From Flavobacteriales bacterium (GTDB lineage: Bacteria > Bacteroidota > Bacteroidia > Flavobacteriales > UBA7312): a stretch of DNA of 64,000 nucleotides. The notes under the pieces were generated by a model. It made no database searches. It was not told the origin of the DNA and saw nothing but the letters and a program-made list of their open reading frames with translations. The translations under genes and the position numbers were made by a program. This document shows, piece after piece, positions 1-10,132 of this stretch (position 1 is its first letter; every line of letters starts with the position of its first letter). Where the stretch lies: NCBI GenBank assembly GCA_037625715.1, contig JASJHQ010000035.1, forward strand, positions 64,497 through 128,496, written 5' to 3'.

Positions 1-467
1 AAACCAGGTATATACATTACAAATGCTTTTGATGAATTCTCTAAAAGCATAAAACTTCCTATCATATTAGGGCCAGGACTTCCTATATAGTAGGTTTTGT
101 TAGGTTTCTTTCCGTCATTTAAAAATATTTCAATTTTCACGGCTTTAGAAGCTAGGTTTTTAATCACATTGTTATGCATGGAGTTACTTACCGGATAATT
201 CACTTCAATGCTTTTAATAGTGCTTAAAAGAGTTTTTATTGCATCTTCTCTAGGTGAATATTTATCATTAACTACCCAGCCTTTTTCTGTTCTTGTTAGA
301 GTGATGTCATTGCCAAATTTATCTGCTAAGAATATTTTTGAAATTGAGGATGTGTCTTCAATAGCAAAATCTCTAAGCTCTTGCTTAACATTGCTTTTTT
401 TGTCGTTTAATAATAGAATTGCAGTTACTATGATTAATGCAATTAATAATAAGTAAGATTTTTTCAT
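1..467 (-). CDS. DUF4340-like membrane-anchored protein, N-terminal part (gene runs off the left window edge)
   Basis: Absent from the ORF track because no stop lies in the window. The ATG at 467-465 (minus) overlaps the gldG stop in an ATGA junction. I checked codon by codon that the frame stays open for 155 codons down to position 3 (MKKSYLLLIALIIVTAILLLNDKKSNVKQELRDF...YYIGSPGPNMIGSFMLLENSS...). It has an N-terminal TM anchor. Its position directly after gldG matches the DUF4340 gene usually found there in Bacteroidota. The family call is from memory. Confidence 0.6.
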   Translation of the reverse strand, partial: MKKSYLLLIALIIVTAILLLNDKKSNVKQELRDFAIEDTSSISKIFLADKFGNDITLTRTEKGWVVNDKYSPREDAIKTLLSTIKSIEVNYPVSNSMHNNVIKNLASKAVKIEIFLNDGKKPNKTYYIGSPGPNMIGSFMLLENSSKAFVMYIPG

Positions 468-2197
468 TGATATTTCTTTTTTCTTATAAATGATAAACTA
501 AAATATAATAAGGATATGATAATTAAAGGAAGTAATAAGTTAATTAGTTGCCATTTTAATTTATCGTCAATTATCTTATTTCTATCTAAAAGACGGATAG
601 TATATTGCTTAGAGTTAATGTTAATTAAGTCCTCATTTCCTAGTAGGAAATGCATGCAGTTAATAATAAAATCTTTGTTGCCATTATACTGTGATTTATT
701 GAAATGATTATATCCTAAAGGATAAGATAACCCATTAGAATTAACATGGTTTTTTATAATATCACCATCACTAATCACAATCATTTTGTTTTCTCCACTG
801 ATATTATTGTATTTAATACTTGAAGTCGGAGTTAGTCTGTTTTCAAAAACAGAATTAAATTTCCCCTCTAGTAAAATAGCCGATATCTTATCTTTAGTCT
901 GAAAGCCTTTAATATTTGGTTCACTGTTTAAAATATTCAAACTAACTCTATGTGGAGACTTTACAACCTTAGAATATGGAGAGCAAAATAGTAAAGGAGT
1001 CTTTCTTATTCCTAAAGATTTTACGGTGTCAATAGTGCTGACAAATGAAGATTTTATCGCGTCTAAATTTTTAACTATTGGATGTTTTAATTTTGCAATA
1101 AATAAAGGATTGTATACCCACGGAAAAAGTTTTCTTTGAGGAGTGTCACCATTTTGACCAACCACAATTGGTATCTGGTCTGATTGCATATCCATTATTA
1201 AATCAGAATTTATTCTAATTCCGAATTTGAACATTATATCATCTAAATTTAAGGATAGGGGAAGAGCAGTAGAGTAACTACTTGTAGTTTTTAGGCTATC
1301 CATATCCATCGCAACACCATCAATAAGCCAAAGAACTTTACCATTATTCATGACGTACTGATCCAAAACAAATTTGTCTAGTTCGTTAAAAGGAATGGTA
1401 GGCTTTGCAATTATTAGAGCATCAAACTCCTGTATTTTTGCTAATTGTTTGTTAAGGTTTGGATTGTTATTTTCATCAAGTTCATATTCTTTTAAATTAA
1501 AGAACTCCACAGAAAAGAATTCAGATAAAGAGTTTCTAGTAGTTCCTAATGAGTTGTTTATGTCTGATAAATAAGAATCATCTAGTTGACCATTACCACT
1601 CAAAAAAGCAATTTTTTTACTTCTATCATTTATTAATTTGAAGATAGATTTTGAAAATTCGAATTCTAAATTCTCAATTGAATTATTCAATGAAATTTCA
1701 GGCCTAGCACCAAACTGATTTAAAAGCAAGTTGAGCGAGGTATTCTTGTTTTTATAATTTATAACTGCTCCAGGAAAAATTATTTTTTGACTAGTGCCAT
1801 CTTTTTGACGAATCTCTAAATTGGTTGGTTTTAATCCTTGATCGATTAATTGTTTGTATAATTTGTTTTTACTGGCTTCATCTCTATCGCTTGGGTTGAT
1901 AAATTCAAATTCAATAAAATCGGAGTAGTCTGAAAACTCTTCTAATAAGTTATATGATGCATTTTTAAGTTGTTCGAAGCCAGCAGGGAAGTCGCCATCC
2001 AAATATACTTTAATGTAAAGTATATCATCCACCTGACTTAATAGCTCTTTAGTTGCATCATCAATAGAATGCTTGTTTTCTTGAGTTAAATCTAACCTAA
2101 AATATAAAAAACTTGCAATTACATTAATTAAAATCAGAATGATAATATGGATGCTATATCTAAATCTATTCATGACCTTTTTCTTTTTTATTATCAA
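464..2197 (-). CDS. gldG: gliding motility-associated ABC transporter substrate-binding protein GldG
   Basis: 577-aa ORF with N- and C-terminal TM segments around a large extracytoplasmic region. It lies immediately downstream of, and overlaps, a GldF-like ABC-2 permease gene, the conserved gldF-gldG arrangement. An alternative start at 2173 (MNRFRY) would reduce the overlap with gldF to 8 nt. Confidence 0.8.
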   Translation of the reverse strand: MIIKKKKVMNRFRYSIHIIILILINVIASFLYFRLDLTQENKHSIDDATKELLSQVDDILYIKVYLDGDFPAGFEQLKNASYNLLEEFSDYSDFIEFEFINPSDRDEASKNKLYKQLIDQGLKPTNLEIRQKDGTSQKIIFPGAVINYKNKNTSLNLLLNQFGARPEISLNNSIENLEFEFSKSIFKLINDRSKKIAFLSGNGQLDDSYLSDINNSLGTTRNSLSEFFSVEFFNLKEYELDENNNPNLNKQLAKIQEFDALIIAKPTIPFNELDKFVLDQYVMNNGKVLWLIDGVAMDMDSLKTTSSYSTALPLSLNLDDIMFKFGIRINSDLIMDMQSDQIPIVVGQNGDTPQRKLFPWVYNPLFIAKLKHPIVKNLDAIKSSFVSTIDTVKSLGIRKTPLLFCSPYSKVVKSPHRVSLNILNSEPNIKGFQTKDKISAILLEGKFNSVFENRLTPTSSIKYNNISGENKMIVISDGDIIKNHVNSNGLSYPLGYNHFNKSQYNGNKDFIINCMHFLLGNEDLININSKQYTIRLLDRNKIIDDKLKWQLINLLLPLIIISLLYFSLSFIRKKKYQ

Positions 2198-2909
2198 TTA
2201 TATTAATAGTCAATAATATAAATAGAGCGTTTACGCTTGTGAAGTAAATAATGTCTCTAGAGTCAATAATTCCTTTGCTTAAAGAATTGTAGTGGTGATT
2301 AATTCCTAAATAATCAATTAGCAAATTGATTTGGCCATTGCTAAATAAGGATGCTATTAGATCAAAACCTTGATAAATAAAAGCGCTTATTATCATAGAA
2401 AGAATAAGTGTGATAATCGGATTGTTACTTAAAGATGAGGCAAAGGTTCCAATAGATACAAAAGAACTAGCTAAAAAGAATAGACCTAGATAAGATCCCA
2501 AAATTCCTCCTCTATCGACATTGCCAGTTATTTCTGACAGATGATAAATACTTATGTAATATATAATAGTAGGTAAAATAGCCAGACAAACTAAGATTAT
2601 TCCTGATAGGTATTTTGAAAAAACAATTTGAAAATTAGTTAGAGGTTTTGTTAATAGAGTTTCTATAGTTCCGTCTTTAAATTCGTCAGAAAAAAGTCTC
2701 ATAGTTAAAGCTGGAATAAAAATCATGAATAGGACAGGAGAAATAATAAATAATCCGTCTAACTGAGCATATTCTGATTCAATTATGTTGTAAGCACCAG
2801 GAAATAGCCAAAGAATTATACTATTTAGAGCTAAATAACTAAAAAGAATTATTAAGCCACTTGGGTGACATAAAAATGTACTAATCTCTTTTTTAAGTAA
2901 TGAAAACAT
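2166..2909 (-). CDS. gldF: gliding motility-associated ABC transporter permease GldF (ABC-2 type)
   Basis: 247-aa polytopic membrane protein with about 6 TM segments. Size and position upstream of gldG are typical of GldF. Confidence 0.8.
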   Translation of the reverse strand: MFSLLKKEISTFLCHPSGLIILFSYLALNSIILWLFPGAYNIIESEYAQLDGLFIISPVLFMIFIPALTMRLFSDEFKDGTIETLLTKPLTNFQIVFSKYLSGIILVCLAILPTIIYYISIYHLSEITGNVDRGGILGSYLGLFFLASSFVSIGTFASSLSNNPIITLILSMIISAFIYQGFDLIASLFSNGQINLLIDYLGINHHYNSLSKGIIDSRDIIYFTSVNALFILLTINIIDNKKEKGHE

Positions 2910-2920
2910 TTTGTAATCTA

Positions 2921-3205
2921 TTAAATAATACTAACACTCCAAGCGAGTGGTTTATTGTTGAAATATGTTTTTGTTTCTGACCAAACTTGATTAAATAAAG
3001 CGGACTTTCTATAATTGTTTAAGTTCTCTTCTTTATTCCAGCAACTGTAGGTGAAAAACACATTTTTATCGTTAATATCTTGAAGTATTTCTAGAGAAAT
3101 ACATCCGTTCGAACTAGCAATTTTCTTTCTATTCTTTTCAATTAAAGAGATAAAATCATTTATTTTATCTTCTTTAAATTCCATTTTTACAATTCTTTTA
3201 ATCAT
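2921..3205 (-). CDS. antibiotic biosynthesis monooxygenase (ABM) domain protein
   Basis: 94-aa single-domain ORF of the ferredoxin-like ABM type (KMEFKEDKINDF...FFTYSCWNKEENLNNYRKSALF). Its start overlaps the end of the upstream gene by 8 nt. Confidence 0.6.
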   Translation of the reverse strand: MIKRIVKMEFKEDKINDFISLIEKNRKKIASSNGCISLEILQDINDKNVFFTYSCWNKEENLNNYRKSALFNQVWSETKTYFNNKPLAWSVSII

Positions 3206-3986
3206 GAAACTCGATTCTTATAATATCATTTAATGTAATTCCCATTAATGAAGAGGCAGAACCTTGATTCATTGAAATAGATAATAATCCATCGCAAACA
3301 AATAAAGCTGTAGCTTCTCCTACGGGAACATCATTATACTTTTTAAACACCTTTTCAATTACGTAATAATTTCGTTTACCAACATAAATCTTGTAATTTC
3401 TTCCTTTAGAAATATCAGAAATCAGGGTGCTCTTAATATTGGTAATTGCATTTCCGTAATTATCAATATGAATTACGCTTCCTCGAATTACATTTTTATC
3501 AAATAATGGCTGAAAATTTGTTTTCTTAACAGCGTAATCTTTTACTTCTGTTCCAATCAATTCTAAGGTTCCTCCTCTAGCAATATGACAAGCAGCTTTT
3601 GCGAAAACATCTTTAGTAGGAAAGTTTTGATTATCACTATCTTGTGAGATAGTTAATTCTACAATTTTATCAGGGATGATATCCAAAATTAAAGGAAGTA
3701 TTCCGTTGTCAGCACAAATAAAATAATGGCCGTTTGCGTATACAGCTAAATGACTTATAGTTGTAGTTGTTTCGGCATCAACTCCAATAATATGAATAGA
3801 GCCAGAAGGAAATTCTTGATAAACATTTTTTAAAACAAAAGCAGCATGTCTGGTATTGAAGGGAGGGATGTCATGCGATATGTCAACAATATTTATATCA
3901 GCAAGCTGACGTATTATACTAGCTTTTACAGAGCTAACATAATGGTCTTTGGTTCCTAGATCAGTTGTTAATGTTATTATTGACAT
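3198..3986 (-). CDS. SAM hydrolase / SAM hydroxide adenosyltransferase family protein (DUF62)
   Basis: 262 aa. The N-terminus IITLTTDLGTKDHYVSSVKASI and the overall length match the DUF62 SAM-cleaving family. Confidence 0.75.
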   Translation of the reverse strand: MSIITLTTDLGTKDHYVSSVKASIIRQLADINIVDISHDIPPFNTRHAAFVLKNVYQEFPSGSIHIIGVDAETTTTISHLAVYANGHYFICADNGILPLILDIIPDKIVELTISQDSDNQNFPTKDVFAKAACHIARGGTLELIGTEVKDYAVKKTNFQPLFDKNVIRGSVIHIDNYGNAITNIKSTLISDISKGRNYKIYVGKRNYYVIEKVFKKYNDVPVGEATALFVCDGLLSISMNQGSASSLMGITLNDIIRIEFHD

Positions 3987-4006
3987 AATATTAGAGGATA
4001 TTAGCC

Positions 4007-4014
4007 CAAAAATA
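4007..4014 (-). promoter_or_regulatory. -7 box TATTTTTG upstream of the SAM-hydrolase / ABM / gldFG gene string
   Basis: The plus strand reads caaaaata, 21 nt upstream of the ATG at 3986. Confidence 0.4.
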
Positions 4015-4091
4015 TTTTAAAAAGTTGTTATTTTGTGCATTCAAAAATAAGTATAATTTTTTGTCAAATTTAATTTCATTCATCATATAAT

Positions 4092-5039
4092 ATGATAGAG
4101 AAAGTTTTAGAGTTAAATTCTATAAATCCGTTAGATATTTATGGGGTTAATAATAAAAAATTAGAGTTTATAAGTAAGTTTTTTCCAAAGCTTAAAATAA
4201 TCTCAAGAGGAAACGAATTGAAAGTTTTTGGTGAAGAAGAAATTATAGAGCAGTTCGAAAAAAAATTCAATTTAATTCAGAAGCATTTCTCAAAGTATCA
4301 ACGACTAACTAATAGCAATATTGAGCGTATTATGTTAGAGGGCGAAAGTGTTTTTGATGGAGATAACGACGTATTAGTACATGGTGCGTTTGGTAAAATA
4401 ATAAAAGCTAGAACATCTAATCAAAGAAAGATGGTAGATAGCTCTCAAAAAAATGATTTGCTTTTTGCAGTTGGCCCTGCCGGAACAGGTAAAACATATA
4501 CGGCAGTAGCTATTGCTGTAAAAGCATTGAAAAATAAAGAAGTTAAAAAAATTGTTTTGACCAGACCAGCTGTTGAGGCTGGCGAGAACCTAGGTTTTCT
4601 TCCTGGCGATCTCAAGGAAAAACTCGACCCTTATTTACAACCCTTATACGATGCATTAAGAGATATGCTTCCTTCCGAGAAATTATCGGAGTATATCGAA
4701 ACGAACGTTATTCAAATAGCACCTTTAGCTTTTATGAGGGGTAGAACTTTAGATAATTCATTTGTATTATTAGACGAAGCTCAAAACTCTACAAAGCCTC
4801 AAATGAAAATGTTTTTAACTAGAATGGGAAAGTCAGCAAAATTTATTATTACTGGAGATGAAACCCAAATTGACTTGCCTAGAAAACAACCTTCTGGATT
4901 AGTTGAAGCATTAAGTTTGTTGAAAAATATTGATGGTGTAGGTATTGTAAAACTTGACGAAAATGACGTAATTAGACACCAATTAGTAAAAAAGATTATA
5001 ACAGCATATAAATTAAATCAAAACGACCAAAATGAGTAA
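4092..5039 (+). CDS. phoH: PhoH family ATPase
   Basis: 315 aa with Walker [20 protein letters not shown] (Walker B region) and PhoH-type C-terminal conservation. Confidence 0.9.
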   Translation: MIEKVLELNSINPLDIYGVNNKKLEFISKFFPKLKIISRGNELKVFGEEEIIEQFEKKFNLIQKHFSKYQRLTNSNIERIMLEGESVFDGDNDVLVHGAFGKIIKARTSNQRKMVDSSQKNDLLFAVGPAGTGKTYTAVAIAVKALKNKEVKKIVLTRPAVEAGENLGFLPGDLKEKLDPYLQPLYDALRDMLPSEKLSEYIETNVIQIAPLAFMRGRTLDNSFVLLDEAQNSTKPQMKMFLTRMGKSAKFIITGDETQIDLPRKQPSGLVEALSLLKNIDGVGIVKLDENDVIRHQLVKKIITAYKLNQNDQNE

Positions 5040-5979
5040 CGTAATTATTAAAACCGATTTTAATTTTCAAAATCAAGTTAATCTATACAAAGGAAAAGTT
5101 AGAGATGTTTATACTATTAAAGATGACTTATTAGTAATGATAGCATCGGATAGAATTTCTGCTTTTGACCATGTTTTGCCTGAGGGAATTCCTTACAAAG
5201 GACAGGTGTTGAGTCAAATAGCTGCAAAGTTTCTTAAAGATACAAGCGACATTGTTCCTAACTGGATGGAAGCTACGCCTGACCCTTCTGTTACTATTGG
5301 TAAAAGGTGTGAGCCATTTAAAGTAGAAATGGTGATTAGAGGATATTTAACTGGTCATGCATGGAGAGAATATAAGTCAGGCAAAAGAATGCTATGTGGT
5401 GTTGCAATGCCTGATGGAATGGTTGAAAATCAAAAATTTGATTCGCCTTTACTTACTCCTACAACTAAAGCTGACGTGGGTCATGACGAAGACATTTCTA
5501 GAGAAGAGATACTTTCTAGTGGTTTAGTTAAGGAGGAAGACTATATCATGCTAGAAAAATACACTAGAGAGCTATTTCAAAGAGGAACAGAAATTGCAAC
5601 TGAAAAGGGTCTTATTTTAGTAGATACTAAATATGAATTTGGTATGGACTCTAATAATGTAATCACATTAATTGATGAAATTCATACACCAGATTCTTCA
5701 AGATATTTTTACGAAAATACTTATCAAGATAATCTAGATAATGGTTTACAGCAAAAACAGTTGTCTAAAGAATTTGTAAGACAATGGTTAATTGAGAATG
5801 GCTTTCAAGGAAAAGATGGTCAACAAATTCCTGAAATGTCCGAAGAATATTGTCATTCTGTTTCTGAAAGATATATTGAATTATATGAGCTTATTACTGG
5901 AGATAAATTTATTAAAGAAGATGTAACTAATGTTCTTGAAAGAGTCGAGAAAAACATTACAGATTACTTAAATAAATAA
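5032..5979 (+). CDS. purC: phosphoribosylaminoimidazole-succinocarboxamide synthase (SAICAR synthetase)
   Basis: 315-aa long-form PurC ([17 protein letters not shown] motifs). It overlaps phoH by 8 nt. Confidence 0.9.
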   Translation: MSNVIIKTDFNFQNQVNLYKGKVRDVYTIKDDLLVMIASDRISAFDHVLPEGIPYKGQVLSQIAAKFLKDTSDIVPNWMEATPDPSVTIGKRCEPFKVEMVIRGYLTGHAWREYKSGKRMLCGVAMPDGMVENQKFDSPLLTPTTKADVGHDEDISREEILSSGLVKEEDYIMLEKYTRELFQRGTEIATEKGLILVDTKYEFGMDSNNVITLIDEIHTPDSSRYFYENTYQDNLDNGLQQKQLSKEFVRQWLIENGFQGKDGQQIPEMSEEYCHSVSERYIELYELITGDKFIKEDVTNVLERVEKNITDYLNK

Positions 5980-5985
5980 TATAAT

Positions 5986-6017
5986 AAAAAAAGCCCCTAA
6001 GGCAGGGGCTTTTTTTT
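5986..6017. terminator. bidirectional intrinsic terminator between purC (+) and the pirin gene (-)
   Basis: A 7-bp stem (agcccct 5992-5998 pairs with aggggct 6004-6010) with a 5-nt loop. It is extended by an upstream A-tract and a downstream T7 tract, so it reads as hairpin plus U-tract on both strands. The T-tract overlaps the pirin stop codon. Confidence 0.85.
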
Positions 6018-6732
6018 AATATGTCGGATATGAGGTAATAATTGGTGATTTGATATATAATAAACAACCTCCATCGGACACTTCAATATGCAAAGATTCT
6101 TCACTTTCTACTATGATAAAATCGTCTTTTTGCATATCCACTTGTTGAATCTTTAGCGCTCCTTTCATTAAATATAAAGAATAATAATAATCTTTATCAC
6201 ATTCGATTTGGAACGATTTATTTTCAAATTCAATTTCAAAAATTTCTACCCCTTCACTTTCTAATTTAATAGGGGAGTCTTTCCCAACAATTGTTGTTAC
6301 ACCTCTTTTGTTTGGTAAGATGTTTTTGCTATAGTCATTGTACGTAGGTTTATGTAAAAGGGTTTTTCTTAGGTCAGGGTAAAACCAAATTTGAAAAATT
6401 CTTGATCCTTTTTGTAAAGCTTCAGCGTGAGAAAGACCTGATCCTGACTTGATTAACTGAACGTCACCTTTTTTTAAGGATATCCACTTTTGTAATAAAG
6501 TATCGTAATGTTTTATGTTTCCTTCTAAAACGATAGACATAATTTCGAACCCTCTATGAGGATGAAGTCCGATAGTACTATCTTGTATTCCTACTGCATT
6601 GGCCCAGTAAAATATATTTGAATATTTTTCTATGCCTCCTTCTTGTGGAAAGCCAATAGGTTTATTTTCTATAATTTCTCCATTATTAAAGTTTCCTTTA
6701 ACCTGTTTTGAGAATGGTATCTTAGTTATCAA
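6016..6732 (-). CDS. pirin family protein
   Basis: 238 aa with the cupin metal-site motif HPHRGFEIMSIVLEG. Confidence 0.85.
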   Translation of the reverse strand: MITKIPFSKQVKGNFNNGEIIENKPIGFPQEGGIEKYSNIFYWANAVGIQDSTIGLHPHRGFEIMSIVLEGNIKHYDTLLQKWISLKKGDVQLIKSGSGLSHAEALQKGSRIFQIWFYPDLRKTLLHKPTYNDYSKNILPNKRGVTTIVGKDSPIKLESEGVEIFEIEFENKSFQIECDKDYYYSLYLMKGALKIQQVDMQKDDFIIVESEESLHIEVSDGGCLLYIKSPIITSYPTY

Positions 6733-6784
6733 TTTTCTTATAAAAGTAACAAAAATGTAGAATGATTTACTAATTATAAAGTCT

Positions 6785-6792
6785 TAAATTTG
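6785..6792 (+). promoter_or_regulatory. -7 box TAAATTTG upstream of the FMN reductase-like gene
   Basis: Perfect TAnnTTTG, 20 nt upstream of the GTG start at 6813. Confidence 0.4.
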
Positions 6793-6812
6793 CACTTATA
6801 AAATATATCTAA

Positions 6813-7334
6813 GTGAAAAAAATCACCTTTATCTCTACAAGTCTGTCAAAAGAATCTAAATCTGCTCAATTAATTGAATCAGCTATTTCCTTAATTGACA
6901 CTAATTCATTTGAAATAAACCATATTGATTTAAGAGATATTGAAATTCCTTTTTGTGATGGAAGAGATTTAAGTGACTACCCAAAGCATATTTATGAATT
7001 GTATTCTCAGATTGGAGATACTGACTATTTAGTTTTCGGCTTCCCAATTTATTGTTATTCTATTTCTGGAGTATTTAAAAATTTCTTAGATATTTTCACT
7101 AAAGCAATGGAAAATAAAAAATACGGTGTTTGTTGTAGTTTAGGTTCGAATAGGTCGTTCTTGGCAATTGCAGACTTACAAAAGATACTTACGTTTCAGT
7201 GTAATGCAAAAATGTCTTCACCAACAGTTGTGGCAGATTGGTCTTTGTTTTCAGAAGGTAAGCTAACTCAAGATTGTAACAATAAGATAGAATTAATGTT
7301 AGAGTCGTTATTGTCTGCCTCCAAAAATAGTTGA
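6813..7334 (+). CDS. NAD(P)H-dependent FMN reductase-like flavodoxin-fold oxidoreductase
   Basis: 173 aa with a GTG start. The N-terminal KKITFISTSLSKESKS loop and overall size resemble the NADPH-dependent FMN reductase family. This is a weaker call. Confidence 0.55.
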   Translation: MKKITFISTSLSKESKSAQLIESAISLIDTNSFEINHIDLRDIEIPFCDGRDLSDYPKHIYELYSQIGDTDYLVFGFPIYCYSISGVFKNFLDIFTKAMENKKYGVCCSLGSNRSFLAIADLQKILTFQCNAKMSSPTVVADWSLFSEGKLTQDCNNKIELMLESLLSASKNS

Positions 7335-7955
7335 TCCTATTCTTATCATGTTGCTTCCTTGTTCTATAGCTATATTGTAATCACCACTCATTCCACAAGA
7401 TAATATATCTATAGTAGGGTAGTTAGATTTCATTTTGTCATATACTATCTTAAGATTTTTAAACTCTTCACTGACAATAGTTGTGTTTTCAGTGAATGTT
7501 GCCATTCCCATTAAACCTTTTATTCTTACGTTTTCATATTCTTGACATTTGATATAAAAATCATCGACTTCTGATAAGGGAATCCCAAATTTTGAATCTT
7601 CTTTTGCAATATGAACCTGAATAAGACAGTCGATTACTCGGTCATTGCTTTTAGCTTTTTTATTGATCTCTTTTATTAATTTAATAGAGTCAATAGAGTG
7701 AATAAGATTTATAAATGGTGCAATGTATTTGACCTTGTTTGTTTGAAGGTGACCAATCATGTGCCACTTAATGTCTTTAGGTAAGGCCTCGTGCTTGTCA
7801 ACTAATTCTTGAACTTTATTTTCTCCAAAAACGGTATGGCCACTTTCGTAAGCCTCCAAAATTAATTCTTTAGGTTTCGTTTTTGATACTGCTACAAGGC
7901 ACACATTGCTGTTAATGCCTTCTTTAATAGATAACAAGTTATTTTTAACACTCAC
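7308..7955 (-). CDS. yggS: YggS family pyridoxal phosphate homeostasis protein
   Basis: 215-aa single-domain alanine-racemase-N-like protein with the PLP-lysine motif VAVSKTKP. Confidence 0.9.
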   Translation of the reverse strand: MSVKNNLLSIKEGINSNVCLVAVSKTKPKELILEAYESGHTVFGENKVQELVDKHEALPKDIKWHMIGHLQTNKVKYIAPFINLIHSIDSIKLIKEINKKAKSNDRVIDCLIQVHIAKEDSKFGIPLSEVDDFYIKCQEYENVRIKGLMGMATFTENTTIVSEEFKNLKIVYDKMKSNYPTIDILSCGMSGDYNIAIEQGSNMIRIGSTIFGGRQ

Positions 7956-9167
7956 TTAGTCTAGTTTGTATATTGTTAGGCCACTTCTTAACTTTGGCTC
8001 TATATAGGTGCTTTTAGGAGGCATAGACAATTTTTTGTCTGCAACCTCTTTAACGGTTTCAATAGATATGCTTTTAAGAACGAATAAAATTTTGAATTCT
8101 TTTTTATCTACTTTCTTAATTGCAGTATCTAAGTTTGTGCCATCGATAAAGCTAATTCGTTTGTCGGTTCTTAGATCGAAAATATTTAAAATAGGAGACA
8201 GAATGTTATCTGTTAAAATAGATGGGTCAAGCTTGTCTACCACGTTTAAGGTTTTATTTTCCTTAGGGCCGTAAATTAATGAATACCATTTTCCATCTAT
8301 ATACATGCTTATTTCATCATGAAGAGTTGGTTTGTAGTATTCAGATTTTTCTGTAACTGTAAAATTGTTTTCCAGCTTGTTTAAGAAAGTAAACACACTT
8401 AATCCGTTTAAATCTTTCACAAGTCTGTTAAAGTTTTGTACAGAAATCTGATTATCCGAAATCAAGTAGCTCATGCAATAAGCATTTGCTTTAGTTTTGT
8501 TTTCCTTATACAGTAGTGAAGAGGATGACATTCTGTGATGGCCATCAGCTATATACAAGCTTCCAACTTTCTTAAACTCTTGAGAAATAGATTCGATATC
8601 CTTAGACTTGTTAACTAACCAAAGTTTGTGAGTCACTTTATTAGTAGTAGTGAATTCGTATTCTGGTCTTTGTTTGCTATAAATAGAAACAAGATGATCA
8701 ATTATATCGCTTTTTTTGTAGGTTAGAAGAACAGGTTCTGCATTAAAGCCTGTAGTTTTTAAATAGTCACAAAACATTTCTTCTCTTTTAGAAATTGTTT
8801 GTTCATGAATTTTAATTTCCCCCTTTAGATAATCTTCTAAGCTGGCACCCGCAATTATTCCAGTATAGCATTTCTCATCTTTACTGTGTTGGTATATGTA
8901 GTAGCAAGCATCATTTTCTTCTTTAAAAATTCCTTGTTTAAAAAATGATTTAAATTTCTTTTTTACAAGTTGATATTTTAATTCTTGATTATTAACCTTT
9001 ATTTTATCAGAAAAGTCTGGGTTTATCACATGTAGAAAGGTGAAAGGATTACTTTCTAATTTCTCCTTAAGAGCATCTTTCGAATAGGTTAAATAAGACC
9101 TAGAAGCCACTAAAGAAACTTTGTCTCTTGTTGGTCTGATAGCCTTAAAAGGTTGGATGTTTGCCAT
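7956..9167 (-). CDS. DUF1015 domain-containing protein
   Basis: 403 aa. The N-terminus MANIQPFKAIRP and the internal ADGHHR motif are characteristic of DUF1015. There is a zero-nt gap to yggS and a 10-nt gap to serA. Confidence 0.75.
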   Translation of the reverse strand: MANIQPFKAIRPTRDKVSLVASRSYLTYSKDALKEKLESNPFTFLHVINPDFSDKIKVNNQELKYQLVKKKFKSFFKQGIFKEENDACYYIYQHSKDEKCYTGIIAGASLEDYLKGEIKIHEQTISKREEMFCDYLKTTGFNAEPVLLTYKKSDIIDHLVSIYSKQRPEYEFTTTNKVTHKLWLVNKSKDIESISQEFKKVGSLYIADGHHRMSSSSLLYKENKTKANAYCMSYLISDNQISVQNFNRLVKDLNGLSVFTFLNKLENNFTVTEKSEYYKPTLHDEISMYIDGKWYSLIYGPKENKTLNVVDKLDPSILTDNILSPILNIFDLRTDKRISFIDGTNLDTAIKKVDKKEFKILFVLKSISIETVKEVADKKLSMPPKSTYIEPKLRSGLTIYKLD

Positions 9168-9177
9168 TAAATATGAG

Positions 9178-10131
9178 TTAGTTCATAAAGTTAATTATCT
9201 TTTGAGCTAATTCCACTCCAATTCTTTCTTGTGCTTCAGAAGTAGCAGCGCCAATATGAGGAGTTAGAGATATGTTAGGATGCATTAACACTTTAATATC
9301 AGGTTTAGGCTCATTTTCAAAAACATCTAATCCAGCACTGCTCACTTTTCCACTCTTGAGAGCTTCTAACAAAGCAACTTCATCAATTACACCACCTCTT
9401 GCAGCATTTATTATACCAACACCATCTTTCATTATTTTAAATTCTTCTTCCCCAATAACTGGTTTGTCACCAATTAACGGAATGTGAAGAGTTAAGAAAT
9501 CACTTTTTTCTAGCAAACTACTCATTGATTCCGTTTCAATTTTAAAAGATAATTTTTGGTTATCGAAAAATGAAAGTTCTAGGTCAGCTTCTTTAATGAA
9601 TTTGTCGCAAGCAACAACTGTCATACCTAGCCCAATTGCTCTTTTAGCTACTTCCTGACCAATTCGTCCAAAACCAACTATTCCAAGAGTCTTTCCTTTA
9701 AGTTCTTTTCCTTTTGCGTATGCTTTTTTTAGGTCTTTAAATTTAGTATCACCATCTAGAGGCATGTTTCTATTAGAATCATGCATAAAACGTACCATAC
9801 TAAATAAATGACAAAACACTAGTTCTGCTACAGATTCAGAAGAAGCTGCTGGGGTATTGATAACTTCAATATTTTTAGACTTAGCATATTCTACATCAAT
9901 ATTATCCATTCCAACACCGCCACGTCCAATCATTTTTAGATTAGGGCAGGAGTCTATCAGTTCTTTTCTTGCAGTAGTTGCTGATCTAACTAATAAAACT
10001 TTAATGTCATTTTCATTAATGAAATCAATAAGTTTGTCCTGATCAACTGTTTTGGTTATTACTTCGAAATTTGCTGCGTTTAAAACATCAATTCCATTTT
10101 GTGATATTCCGTCGTTAGCTAGTATTTTCAT
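9178..10131 (-). CDS. serA: D-3-phosphoglycerate dehydrogenase (short form, D-2-hydroxyacid dehydrogenase family)
   Basis: 317 aa with the NAD-binding motif GIVGFGRIGQEVAKRA and a catalytic-region HIGA. It is adjacent to serC. Confidence 0.85.
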   Translation of the reverse strand: MKILANDGISQNGIDVLNAANFEVITKTVDQDKLIDFINENDIKVLLVRSATTARKELIDSCPNLKMIGRGGVGMDNIDVEYAKSKNIEVINTPAASSESVAELVFCHLFSMVRFMHDSNRNMPLDGDTKFKDLKKAYAKGKELKGKTLGIVGFGRIGQEVAKRAIGLGMTVVACDKFIKEADLELSFFDNQKLSFKIETESMSSLLEKSDFLTLHIPLIGDKPVIGEEEFKIMKDGVGIINAARGGVIDEVALLEALKSGKVSSAGLDVFENEPKPDIKVLMHPNISLTPHIGAATSEAQERIGVELAQKIINFMN

Positions 10132-10132
10132 T

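Noticed and set aside
208-456. 82-aa plus-strand ORF at the left end of the window
   Set aside because: It lies entirely antisense to a 155-codon open frame that starts with an ATGA junction at the gldG stop and has a credible TM anchor. The plus-strand product is low-complexity and has no promoter or start context.
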